DNA from: a virus
Reading direction: 5' to 3' (one strand)
IMG/VR virus record: IMGVR_UViG_3300047321_000170
Span: 1 to 64,000 of that record
Length of the DNA stretch: 64,000 nucleotides
In this document: positions 18,815-27,872 of the stretch, one piece after another
Numbering within the stretch: position 1 is the first letter of the stretch
How the letters are laid out: every line of letters starts with the position of its first letter
Translations under genes and position numbers: made by a program
The notes under the pieces: generated by a model
Databases searched by the model: none
What the model was told of the DNA's origin: nothing
Seen by the model: the letters and a program-made list of their open reading frames with translations, nothing else

Positions 18815-20160
18815 CCTCGTTCGTTCTGACAGCGCTCGACGCCCGCGGCGTCGAGCGCGACTTTTTGTACAACAACATGTCGAGTCAGCTGACCGACGCG
18901 AGCACTGGCCGCTCGCTCGTCAGCAAGGCCGGCGACCGCCCATTCAGTCCTGCCCCACCACCGGGCCGCAAGGATGCACTGATACGCACACTGAAGATCC
19001 AGCTCGGGCTCTCGTGCAACTACAGCTGCGAGTACTGCTCGCAGCGCTTCGTGCCTCACGCGGAGCCAACCGGCCCTTACTCTGTCGACCACTTCATGTC
19101 TCGCCTCACCTGGTCCGTCACGCTGGCCGACGATGCCGAAGTCGAGTTCTGGGGTGGTGAGCCGCTGGTCTACTGGAAGACGCTTGTTCCATTGGTGGAC
19201 GCGCTTCGCATGCGCTACCCGGCGCTGACGCTGAAGATGATCACGAACGGCTCGCTGCTCGACGCGAACAAGGTCAGCTGGCTGGTCACGAACGGCTTCC
19301 ATATCGGCCTGTCGCACGATGGCCCCGGTCAGAAGGTGCGCGGTCCTGATCCGCTCGACGAGCCACAGACGCGCGACGCCATCCTCTCGCTGTATCGACG
19401 GCTCGCACCGCTGGGGCGCATGTCGTTCAACACGATGCTGCACAAGGACAACCGGTCGCGCGCGGCAGCGCAGGACTTCTTCGTCAAGCTGACGGGTGAC
19501 GCGAACGTGCCCATCGGTGAGGGCATGCTGATCGACGCCTACGACGAAGGCGGCAAGGGCATGTCCATGCTGGATCTGGACGCGCACATCGACTACCGCA
19601 AGCAGACCTTCGACGAGCTGCGCGCTGGCCGCGCCGTCAACTTCACGAGCGTTACCGGGAAGATCCATGACTTCGCGGACTCGCTTCAGACGAGCCGCCC
19701 CGGCTCCTCGGTCGGCCAGAAGTGCGGCTCGGATCGCAGCGACGTGGTCACCGTGACACTGAACGGCGATGTGCTGACGTGCCAGAATGTGTCGGCAGTC
19801 TCGACGGCCCCCAACGGCAAGCCTCACCGAGCGGGCTCCATCGAGAGCATCGACAGCGTAAAACTCGAGTCCTCGCGCCACTGGTCAACACGCGTGAACT
19901 GTTCGAGCTGCCCGGTCGTGCAGCTCTGCAAAGGCTCCTGCATGTTTCTGGAGGGCGACCTCTGGGACGTGACGTGTGAGAGCGCCTACAGCGACAACGT
20001 GGTGTTCCTGGCCACCGCCCTGTTCGAGCTGACTGGCTGCACCCTGAAGACTATCAAGCCGATGACGGGGCACTTGCCCGAGCACCGTCGCAACGTCTTC
20101 GGCCCACTCACCACCAAGCGGACCACCACCCGCCAACCGATCTGGATCAAACAGCAATGA
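18811..20160 (+). CDS. Radical SAM enzyme with SPASM domain
   Basis: CNYSCEYC, FWGGEPL, ITNGSLL; 7-Cys C-terminal domain KC..GDVLTC..CSSCPVVQLCKGSC..C. Confidence 0.93.
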   Translation: MTSFVLTALDARGVERDFLYNNMSSQLTDASTGRSLVSKAGDRPFSPAPPPGRKDALIRTLKIQLGLSCNYSCEYCSQRFVPHAEPTGPYSVDHFMSRLTWSVTLADDAEVEFWGGEPLVYWKTLVPLVDALRMRYPALTLKMITNGSLLDANKVSWLVTNGFHIGLSHDGPGQKVRGPDPLDEPQTRDAILSLYRRLAPLGRMSFNTMLHKDNRSRAAAQDFFVKLTGDANVPIGEGMLIDAYDEGGKGMSMLDLDAHIDYRKQTFDELRAGRAVNFTSVTGKIHDFADSLQTSRPGSSVGQKCGSDRSDVVTVTLNGDVLTCQNVSAVSTAPNGKPHRAGSIESIDSVKLESSRHWSTRVNCSSCPVVQLCKGSCMFLEGDLWDVTCESAYSDNVVFLATALFELTGCTLKTIKPMTGHLPEHRRNVFGPLTTKRTTTRQPIWIKQQ

Positions 20161-20540
20161 ACGAAGCTACCCAAGCCCTCGACCCCCAACCGTTGATCGA
20201 CGCACTGACGCGCCAGCGCAACGAACAATGCGACCGTGTCGCGCAAGCTGAGGCCGCGCTCTTCTCGACGCAGGCCGCGCTCCAGCAGACGCTGGCCAAC
20301 CAGGCGAAGACGCAGTCGATGCTTGACGACACGCTGGTTGCGATGAAGCAACAGCAGGATCTGCACGCGACCAGTCTGGATGAACGAGAGCGCATCGAAG
20401 CCGGTCTGCGCGATCAGATCAAGAGCTTGGAGTCGCAGCTCGACTCCTACACGCGCGTACCCACAACCGTAGCCGTCTCTGTGGAGATGCCGCCTGAGGC
20501 TCCGGCACCGCTGGCCTATCCGGGGTCAATGCCTACCTGA
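20157..20540 (+). CDS. Hypothetical coiled-coil protein
   Basis: Heptad-like, Gln/Ala-rich; ATGA-coupled to the rSAM gene. Confidence 0.65.
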   Translation: MNEATQALDPQPLIDALTRQRNEQCDRVAQAEAALFSTQAALQQTLANQAKTQSMLDDTLVAMKQQQDLHATSLDERERIEAGLRDQIKSLESQLDSYTRVPTTVAVSVEMPPEAPAPLAYPGSMPT

Positions 20541-20566
20541 CACCACCGTGGTTCAGCGTAGTTCAT

Positions 20567-20596
20567 AAGGGAACCTAACAGGTTCCCTTTTGCTTT
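20567..20596 (+). terminator. Intrinsic terminator
   Basis: AAGGGAACCT-AAC-AGGTTCCCTT followed by TTGCTTT. Confidence 0.8.
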
Positions 20597-20614
20597 GCTG
20601 TGCGAAGAAACTCT

Positions 20615-20643
20615 TTGTGTTGGGTTTACGCGGCCAATAAAAT
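20615..20643 (+). promoter_or_regulatory. Sigma70-like promoter of the lysis cassette
   Basis: TTGTGT-N17-TAAAAT preceded by AAACTCT. Confidence 0.5.
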
Positions 20644-20676
20644 TTCGGCACTCACCACCACCACAGAGTGCCCCTC

Positions 20677-21207
20677 ATGTCCGTCACATCCGATCAGCTG
20701 CGGAAGATCTGGACGCATGCTCCTTCAGTGCGCTGCGTGTCGTTCGCGCCGCTGCTGAGCAGCGCAATGCAGCGCTTTGGCATCGACACCCCCGAAGAGA
20801 TCGTCGAGTTCCTGGCTCAAGTCTCGCACGAGTCTGGCGAAGGCCAGTGGCTCAAGGAGCTGGCCAGCGGCAAGGCCTACGAAGGCCGTAAGGATCTCGG
20901 CAACACGCAACCGGGCTGGGGTGTTCTCTACAAAGGCCGCGGCTTGATCCAATGCACGGGATACACGAACTACGTGCTTATGGGCCATCTGTTGGGCCTA
21001 GACCTGATCAACCATCCGGAGCTGCTGGAAGAGCCCGCTAACGCGTGCTTGAGCGCCGCAGCATTCTGGTGGAACCACCATCTCGATAACCTCGCGTTGA
21101 AGAAGGACTTCGTCGGTGTGACGAAGGTCATCAACGGCGGAACGAACGGCCTCAAGGAGCGTGAAGAGTATCTGGCGCTCGCCCGCGCCGCTCTGGGAGT
21201 GAACTGA
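20677..21207 (+). CDS. Endolysin, glycoside hydrolase family 19
   Basis: FLAQVSHESG, YEGRKDLGN, YKGRGLIQ.TG..NY and TKVINGG.NG motifs. Confidence 0.92.
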   Translation: MSVTSDQLRKIWTHAPSVRCVSFAPLLSSAMQRFGIDTPEEIVEFLAQVSHESGEGQWLKELASGKAYEGRKDLGNTQPGWGVLYKGRGLIQCTGYTNYVLMGHLLGLDLINHPELLEEPANACLSAAAFWWNHHLDNLALKKDFVGVTKVINGGTNGLKEREEYLALARAALGVN

Positions 21208-21617
21208 TGCCACGATCCAGCGACTTCATCGCAAGACTAGGCTTCACGACCTACACACTGGTCGTGTGTCTCACTTCCATCTTCTCTAACAACTGGGTGG
21301 CGGTTGTGAGTCGGTATAGCGGAGGGGCGGTCTTCTCGACGCTCCTCCTGCTGACCGGCACGTTGCTGGTGATCGACCTGGTCATCAACGACCTCATGCC
21401 CGAGCGGTTCGTTTTCCAATGGGGTTTGAAGTGGCGTCACTGGGTCTACCCCTGCGTGTCATTTGCCTTCACGTCGCTCCTTTTTATCGCTGAACAAACC
21501 TATAAGAGCGTCCCTCTCGACGCCCTCGCGGTCTACGGCTCGATGGCCCTTATCGGCGTCGTGCTGAGTTTCCGCAATCTCTTTTCTGAACGGGGTCGAG
21601 TGTGCAAAGAACACTAA
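21207..21617 (+). CDS. Membrane protein (holin/antiholin candidate)
   Basis: About 4 hydrophobic segments; inside the lysis cassette. Confidence 0.6.
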   Translation: MPRSSDFIARLGFTTYTLVVCLTSIFSNNWVAVVSRYSGGAVFSTLLLLTGTLLVIDLVINDLMPERFVFQWGLKWRHWVYPCVSFAFTSLLFIAEQTYKSVPLDALAVYGSMALIGVVLSFRNLFSERGRVCKEH

Positions 21618-22003
21618 GAATCTGGGCGCTCTTGCTGGCGCTCACCTGGTCCGCAGCGGCCTATGCAGCAACCCATGCACAAGTCGCATTCGGTTCTGAC
21701 CTGGCCCGCATCCCGATGCTGGCCTATGTCATCACGATCGTGCTGAGCGGCATCGGTGGCGCCGCTTCCACGCTTCAGAAGCTGTCGCGCGCCGCAGACC
21801 TGTCGCGCTGGCAGCTGGAGGTCGTGAAAGACACCGTGTCGGCAATCGTCGCGGGCCTGCTCGTGTTCTTCCTGTGCGAGTCGTTCGAGTGGGATTCAGC
21901 GCGCGAGGCCTTCGCGATCACGATCGCCGGCTACGGAAACTCGAAGCTGATCGACCTGATGTTCCGCAACTTCGTGAAGCAACTGCCGGAGCCGAAGCAA
22001 TGA
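21602..22003 (+). CDS. Holin
   Basis: Several TM segments, charged C-terminus, just upstream of the spanins. Confidence 0.7.
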   Translation: MQRTLRIWALLLALTWSAAAYAATHAQVAFGSDLARIPMLAYVITIVLSGIGGAASTLQKLSRAADLSRWQLEVVKDTVSAIVAGLLVFFLCESFEWDSAREAFAITIAGYGNSKLIDLMFRNFVKQLPEPKQ

Positions 22004-22536
22004 GCCTCCAATTCACAGCCATTTGTGCCGCCGTCGCCGCGTTGGTTGCGGCAGGCGGCAGCTGGTACGTGACCCGCGATGTCTACAAAGCCGACATCGC
22101 AGTCATGCAACGCGACGCGGCGACTGCGGCGGAACACGCGCAGCAGCATCTCGACAGCGCGCTGGCTTTCGCGCAGACGCAGTCTCAACTCGATCTCAAC
22201 GCGATCGACCAGAACTACAGGACGAAGATCAATGAAAAGGATTCTCAGCATCAGCTCGATGTCGCTGCTGTGCGCAACGGCACTCTCCGCTTGCGTGACA
22301 GCGCCGCAACCTGCCGCGCCGCAGATGAACAAGTTCCAACTGGCACCAGTGTCAGCGGAGCTGATGGAGCCGGTGGTGCCGAACTATCGCCTGCGGCTAC
22401 TGAGTTTCTTCTCGGAGAAGCCGACCGAGCAGACGGCCAAGCCCTTCGCGTTACAGCCCTCCAGCAAGTAGTCGCTGATGACCGCAAGGTCATCGACGAG
22501 CTGGTGCGCAGCTTGATGGGGGTAGCTGCAAAGTGA
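22000..22536 (+). CDS. Inner-membrane spanin (Rz-like)
   Basis: N-terminal TM, coiled coil, VRNG.LRLR..ATC, AELSP and ALQ motifs. Confidence 0.85.
   Translation: MSLQFTAICAAVAALVAAGGSWYVTRDVYKADIAVMQRDAATAAEHAQQHLDSALAFAQTQSQLDLNAIDQNYRTKINEKDSQHQLDVAAVRNGTLRLRDSAATCRAADEQVPTGTSVSGADGAGGAELSPAATEFLLGEADRADGQALRVTALQQVVADDRKVIDELVRSLMGVAAK
22232..22471 (+). CDS. Outer-membrane spanin lipoprotein (Rz1-like), embedded in Rz
   Basis: MKRILSISSMSLLCATALSAC lipobox; Pro-rich; +1 frame inside Rz. Confidence 0.85.
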   Translation: MKRILSISSMSLLCATALSACVTAPQPAAPQMNKFQLAPVSAELMEPVVPNYRLRLLSFFSEKPTEQTAKPFALQPSSK

Positions 22537-23237
22537 CCATCGCTGCTCCGCTCTCAGTCGCGCCTGTCAATCCGGAAGGCCAGCCGATCGTGCTGGTCAT
22601 CGCGCCGGTCTACAACAATCTCGGAACAAACATGCCTGTGAAGCTCCTGCATGGAAGTGGTGCGCCGTCTAATGACATCGGTACGGACGGCGACTCCTAC
22701 ATGAACGACGACAACGGATACTTCTACGGGCCGAAAGCAAACGGCCTGTGGCCGTCTGGCTACTCGCTGAAGGGGAACACCGGGGATCGTGGGCTCGATG
22801 GCGCACCGGGCGATCCGGGGCCTGCTGGCCCCAAGGGCGCTGACGGCGCAGCTGGTCCGCAGGGTCCGAAAGGCGACAGCTTCTATGACGTGTTCACGTA
22901 CCCGATTCCGGACGTGGCGCCGGGGGCGCATGCCGAGCTGGACATGACAGGCTCGGTCCCCTCCTTCGGCAAGACCACCGTCATGTTCCAGTCGGTGCGC
23001 GTGGTCGTGCAGACGGCCGATCCGTACCGCATCGAGATCTGCGAGCGTGACGCGCAGAACGCCGACACGGTGATCTACGCAAGCGCGCCGCAGCTCGACG
23101 CTTCGTACCGTGACAGTCGGCCGTTCACTGCGGACAAGCTCGATCCTGCGAACAAGCTGATCTTCAAGTTCTATAACCAGGCGTCGAGCACGACGATCTC
23201 TGGCGCGCAGTTGCGCACTGTCTCGACGGGAGTGTAA
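22533..23237 (+). CDS. Short collagen-repeat virion/fibre protein
   Basis: GSGAPSNDIG.DGD.Y..YGPK motif followed by about 12 Gly-X-Y triplets. Confidence 0.7.
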   Translation: MTIAAPLSVAPVNPEGQPIVLVIAPVYNNLGTNMPVKLLHGSGAPSNDIGTDGDSYMNDDNGYFYGPKANGLWPSGYSLKGNTGDRGLDGAPGDPGPAGPKGADGAAGPQGPKGDSFYDVFTYPIPDVAPGAHAELDMTGSVPSFGKTTVMFQSVRVVVQTADPYRIEICERDAQNADTVIYASAPQLDASYRDSRPFTADKLDPANKLIFKFYNQASSTTISGAQLRTVSTGV

Positions 23238-26171
23238 ATGCGACCACCGTGGGACTCAGTCAACGACTTCCTTCAGATCTACCCCGGTACGCTGAATCAG
23301 GGGCTGGACCCGGCGAACCTGCGCGACCAGTTCTTCCCGGCCAGCGCGTTCGTGCTGAACGAATCTTTCACGCTGCCTGGCGGAACTGGCAAGACTACCG
23401 GGGCGTGGTCGTCGGATTCTGGCGACCAGACGATGCCGGCCGCGCAGATGGAACCTCGCGTCTACTGCACGAAGGGCAAGGCAACGCTCAACTTCAACGG
23501 CACATCGCTGGTCCTGCGTATTCAGCTTGACTCGGACTGGGGCACTGCCGCGATCTACATCGACGGCAAAGCTCCCAGCACGATGGGTCTGGCTACCGCG
23601 CTCGACACGATCAACTGCAACCTCGACACGTCCAGCTACCCCGGCATGCAGCCGGGAGTGCGTCAGTACATCGACGTGCTGGTGGCAGATGGACTGACAC
23701 CAGGCCTGCACACGGTCGACCTGTATGCGACGAACGGCGGGACTACCAAGTACCTGGTGGTCTCGGGTGCGAAGGTACGCTCGTACAACAAGCAGCCGTT
23801 CGTGCTCAGCGGCTGGAAAGCAGCTAACCTGAATACCGGCAAGCTGACGCTCGCGAACCGTGGTGCGGACGCCGTGCTGAACGTGACGTTGCAGGTTCCG
23901 GCGACGTTCAAGCAGGCAAGCGACGGCACCGCCTTCGCCTCACCGATCGCGGTCGGGAACCTGACGCCTGACTCACAGTTCGACCTCAACTATTCGATCG
24001 ACGGCTCGGGCCAGCCCGACAACGTCTCGATCCCGCTGTACCTGTCGGGGCTCTACCGAGATCCAGCTGGCGCCGTCCAAGTGAACACGCCGTTCACCTA
24101 TGGCATGACCAGCTCCGCGGTCACCTTCGGCCCGCTCAACGGCTGGTCGTTCGACGCGGATACACCCGATGGTTCCACGCGCGCGATCTCGAATGGCACG
24201 GCCAAGACGCTCAGCTTCTTCACGAGCGCAACCTCGGTGGACTTCACACTCCAGCGCGACAACGGCTGGGGCACAGCATCCGTACTGGTCAACGGCGTCT
24301 CGTACGGCACGCTCACGTCCAACGATGCAGTAGGTGGAGGCTTCCTCGCGGTTCAGACGATCTCTGGTCTGCCGGCTGGTAAGAAGCAGGTTGTCATCTC
24401 GACGCTCGGGACAGCAGCTCACCCACTCGTCATCACCAAGATCGCTGGTCAGAACAGCGACTGGTACTCGCAGGTTAATGAAACCATCTTCGTCAACTAC
24501 GCCTTCAGCAACGTACCTCCGTTCGCTGTTGATGCGGCATGGGCGAAGGACGATGTCGGCGTGACGTGGGTCAATCCCGACACCAGCAAGGTGGATCTCA
24601 GCATCCCGCGAGACAGCCGCAATGCAACCGGCGTGCGCGCGTATGCCCGGTTCCCCACCTTCGCGGTCTACTACCAGAGTGGCAAGCAGGACATCCTCTC
24701 CAGCTATGACCTCGTGATCGTGGACCCCAACGGGGTCTCACGACAGGACGTGCAGGCTCTTCAAGCCAAAGGGATCAAGGTTCTAGGATACGTCTCGTTC
24801 GGCGAAGAAGACGGCATCGTGCAGGACATCTACGATCCGAACTCGCCGATCGGCCCGTGGAGGGATGACGGCCTGGGCACTGGCGGCTACGCCTCCTACT
24901 ACAACAAGGGCGGCAACCTGTACGGCGAGCCCACCGAATGCAATCGCGACCTTCAGCGCACACAAGGCCTGAAGCAGTGCGAGCTGGGCCGCGCCGAATA
25001 CTTCACGGGTCGCGGTCGATGCAGCCAGGCCTGCACGTTCGACAGCCGCGCTGGCTACGTGACGTACAGCGCGGGTGGCAAATGCGGCGGTGGCTTCACG
25101 AGCAGCAATAACTGGATTCGTGACGAGTCGGCAGCATGCACGAACGGTGACTGCCCCAAGTACACGCCGGTCAACAAGAAGTGCCCGAAGTGGATCGAAC
25201 CAGATGTGGGTTGGGGGCAGGACTTTTCGCAGACGGAAGACTTCCCTGACCAGAACGGCATCTGGGGCTCGACGTACATCAACCCGCTCGCGCCAAGGTG
25301 GAAGGAGAAACTTCAAACCTTGTACCTTCCGACTGTGCTCGATGCTGGCGTGAAGTACATCGAAGAGGTCAAGACACTCGTGGCCTATGGCTCGACACAA
25401 ATGAGCTTCCGTGCCGCCCACTGGCCGATCGACGATGCCGAAGAGTTGGTCCTCACCAACGCTGACCGCAGCATCACGTACACGCCGAATCTGCACTTCG
25501 GATACGACAAGGCGACCGGCGCGTTCACGATGGACAACAACGTTGGCGTGGAAGACTTCGGCTGGCCTCCGCTCGTCGCGGGACAACAGCTGTTGCTCAC
25601 GTACACGCGCAAAGGCCTGCAATGCGATGGCGTGTTCATGGACACGGTCGATACGGTTGACATCTACCCGTCCGACGCATTCCAGCAGGCGATGGCTGAC
25701 ATGATCAACAGCCTGTTCGACGAGCGTAAGGCCACCACGCCCAAGCTCTTCTGCTCGAACCGTGGCTTCACGATCCTGCCGAAGATCGTCCAGTCGTGTG
25801 AGTACGTCATGTTCGAGAGCTGGCTCACGGACTATGACTTCGAGAAAGGCGTCTATGGCCCGATCACAGATCCTGAGTCCATCGCGTTCAACAACGGTGT
25901 GAAGGCGATGCTCCGTCAGCTGCGGCGTGAGCACACCTTCGATGTTCTGTCGTTGAACTACTGCACGAACGGCCCTGCTGGCAACACGCTGCGTCAGTAC
26001 CTGTATGACACCGACTCGGCGGAAGGCTACATGAGCTGGTCTTCCGTGATTGAACTCGACGACCCACTCCCGCAGCAGCAGATGCAAACGACTGTCGCCG
26101 CCGCGATCCGTTCGAACGTGTGGGCACTGCTGCGCAGCGGCGGTCTCACTGACGGCCAACCTAATAGCTAA
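23238..26171 (+). CDS. Multidomain polysaccharide hydrolase (GH114/PelA-like TIM barrel with N-terminal beta-sandwich domains)
   Basis: FAVYY..YDLVIVDP..KVLGYVSFGE, DGVFMDTVD, NRGF and VMFES motifs. Confidence 0.75.
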   Translation: MRPPWDSVNDFLQIYPGTLNQGLDPANLRDQFFPASAFVLNESFTLPGGTGKTTGAWSSDSGDQTMPAAQMEPRVYCTKGKATLNFNGTSLVLRIQLDSDWGTAAIYIDGKAPSTMGLATALDTINCNLDTSSYPGMQPGVRQYIDVLVADGLTPGLHTVDLYATNGGTTKYLVVSGAKVRSYNKQPFVLSGWKAANLNTGKLTLANRGADAVLNVTLQVPATFKQASDGTAFASPIAVGNLTPDSQFDLNYSIDGSGQPDNVSIPLYLSGLYRDPAGAVQVNTPFTYGMTSSAVTFGPLNGWSFDADTPDGSTRAISNGTAKTLSFFTSATSVDFTLQRDNGWGTASVLVNGVSYGTLTSNDAVGGGFLAVQTISGLPAGKKQVVISTLGTAAHPLVITKIAGQNSDWYSQVNETIFVNYAFSNVPPFAVDAAWAKDDVGVTWVNPDTSKVDLSIPRDSRNATGVRAYARFPTFAVYYQSGKQDILSSYDLVIVDPNGVSRQDVQALQAKGIKVLGYVSFGEEDGIVQDIYDPNSPIGPWRDDGLGTGGYASYYNKGGNLYGEPTECNRDLQRTQGLKQCELGRAEYFTGRGRCSQACTFDSRAGYVTYSAGGKCGGGFTSSNNWIRDESAACTNGDCPKYTPVNKKCPKWIEPDVGWGQDFSQTEDFPDQNGIWGSTYINPLAPRWKEKLQTLYLPTVLDAGVKYIEEVKTLVAYGSTQMSFRAAHWPIDDAEELVLTNADRSITYTPNLHFGYDKATGAFTMDNNVGVEDFGWPPLVAGQQLLLTYTRKGLQCDGVFMDTVDTVDIYPSDAFQQAMADMINSLFDERKATTPKLFCSNRGFTILPKIVQSCEYVMFESWLTDYDFEKGVYGPITDPESIAFNNGVKAMLRQLRREHTFDVLSLNYCTNGPAGNTLRQYLYDTDSAEGYMSWSSVIELDDPLPQQQMQTTVAAAIRSNVWALLRSGGLTDGQPNS

Positions 26172-26181
26172 CGAGGCACCT

Positions 26182-27273
26182 ATGACAGTTCTCTTCACCG
26201 ATGGCATGGACAGCTACGCAACTGCTGCCGATGTCGTGCTTAAGTGGGCCGCTTGCTCGATGGCCTTCGACTCTACTGCTGGCCGCTTCGGCGGTGGCTC
26301 GCTGCACGCCGCGGGTGTGACGCCCCAGTCGCTCGCGACGCCGCTCTTCCCGAGCAACGTCAAGTACGAGACGGTCTTCAACTTCGGCTTCAATTTCAAG
26401 TCGGTCGCCACCGACAGCTACGACTCGATCACCGCAGGCAAGCCGCTCGTCGCACTGCCTAACAACTTGGGCTCGGGCGCCCAGCTCGCAGGCATCCTGT
26501 ATGTGAATCCGGCCAACGGTGGCGGCAACATCGTCATGGGCCTGCTGGGCTCGACGAACCTGGGTCTGCAAGCAGCCGGCCGCGCGAACCTGCTTGATGG
26601 ACGGCAGCACTGGGTCGAAGTGCAGCTGAAGATCTCGTCGAACGCAGCGAACGGCATCTGCACGGTCTACGTTGACGGCGTTCAGGACCTGGTCTACACG
26701 GGCGCGACGGCGGTGGGCGCGCTCACGTCGCTCAACGGCAACGTCAACCTGTGGAACGGCGCACCGAACAACGCGAACGCCCACATCTGGTTCGACGACT
26801 TCATGCTCTGGGACACGACCGGCAACGCTGCATTGGATCTCACAACCTTCCCGGTTGGTCCGCAGCGCATCGTAACGCTGGACCCGAACGCTGACGGTGA
26901 CAACATCGACTTCACGCCGAGCGCGGTGGGCACACACTTCGGTCTTGTCTCCGGTTCCTACAACTCGGCGAGCTACGTGAGCGACGCGAGCGGTAACACA
27001 GGCCATCTTGAACTCTTCAAGTTCCCTGCTCTCCCCTTCGTGCCGAACGCAATCACCACCCTGGTCCTGAACCTGTTCGGCCAGAACCCTGGCTCGACTG
27101 CGCTGAACATTCTGCCGAAGGTGAAGCTCTCGGGCACCGTGGCCACGGGCGCGTCAATCAGGCTCTCGAACGGCGTGAACAAGCTCTCGCAGACATCGTT
27201 CCCGCGTGACCCGGCAGGCAACGTCTGGGTTCCGGCGAACGTCAACATCGTCCAAGCCGGCGTGGGTGACTAA
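26182..27273 (+). CDS. Virion-associated beta-sandwich (ConA/LamG-like) protein
   Basis: LFTDGMD start, HWVEV, VYVDG and WFDDFMLWD motifs. Confidence 0.6.
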   Translation: MTVLFTDGMDSYATAADVVLKWAACSMAFDSTAGRFGGGSLHAAGVTPQSLATPLFPSNVKYETVFNFGFNFKSVATDSYDSITAGKPLVALPNNLGSGAQLAGILYVNPANGGGNIVMGLLGSTNLGLQAAGRANLLDGRQHWVEVQLKISSNAANGICTVYVDGVQDLVYTGATAVGALTSLNGNVNLWNGAPNNANAHIWFDDFMLWDTTGNAALDLTTFPVGPQRIVTLDPNADGDNIDFTPSAVGTHFGLVSGSYNSASYVSDASGNTGHLELFKFPALPFVPNAITTLVLNLFGQNPGSTALNILPKVKLSGTVATGASIRLSNGVNKLSQTSFPRDPAGNVWVPANVNIVQAGVGD

Positions 27274-27827
27274 TGGCCACCGCACTCAAGCGCGTCAGCA
27301 AGGTTCAGCAGGAGGTCGTAGCCAGCCAGGCTTCGAAGCCTGCTGCACGTCAGGTAACCAAGATCTCCGCTGAGCTGGTGCAGACGCTCGGCATCACTGA
27401 GGCAGCGGGGCGTGTCAGCAAGGCCCAGGTCGAAGCCGTGGTCGCGCCGTCCACGCGACCAGCTGCTCGTGCGCTCACGAAGGCGAACCTCGACGTGGTG
27501 GCCGCAGCACTGACGGACGCGCCCACGCGGCAAGTGCGGCGTGCCTACATCGAAGTGCTGTGTTCGCAACAGGAGAAGCTGGTTGTTGGTCTGCCGGATC
27601 TGGGCGAGGTCAACCCTTTCCTCGTGAACATGCCGGTCGTGGCTGTCGTTCGCACAGTGGCCAAAGTCAACGGCCAGGAAGTAGAGACGCCGCTGAATGA
27701 CTGCAAGCGCGTCTGGTATCGGATGACGGTCACGAAGAGCAACGGGCAGCAGCTACTGCCTTTTGTCGACGACGAGCCACGGCTGAAGCCTAACCCCACA
27801 GGACACGACGAGCCTCAAACGTACTAA
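27273..27827 (+). CDS. Hypothetical protein
   Basis: Coupled ORF with a repeated RxV(S/T)K..EVV pattern. Confidence 0.6.
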   Translation: MATALKRVSKVQQEVVASQASKPAARQVTKISAELVQTLGITEAAGRVSKAQVEAVVAPSTRPAARALTKANLDVVAAALTDAPTRQVRRAYIEVLCSQQEKLVVGLPDLGEVNPFLVNMPVVAVVRTVAKVNGQEVETPLNDCKRVWYRMTVTKSNGQQLLPFVDDEPRLKPNPTGHDEPQTY

Positions 27828-27834
27828 GCACCAC

Positions 27835-27854
27835 CGCCCGTCCACCACCGGGCG
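27835..27854 (+). promoter_or_regulatory. Hairpin with TCCACCAC loop
   Basis: CGCCCG-TCCACCAC-CGGGCG, 18 nt before ATG 27873. Confidence 0.6.
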
Positions 27855-27872
27855 CCTACAAGGAAATGGATC

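Noticed and set aside
18811-20160. Anaerobic sulfatase maturase, or MoaA/QueE/NrdG-type housekeeping radical SAM
   Set aside because: No sulfatase, que or nrdD genes in the window; it is coupled to the fibre operon instead (a target outside the window cannot be excluded)
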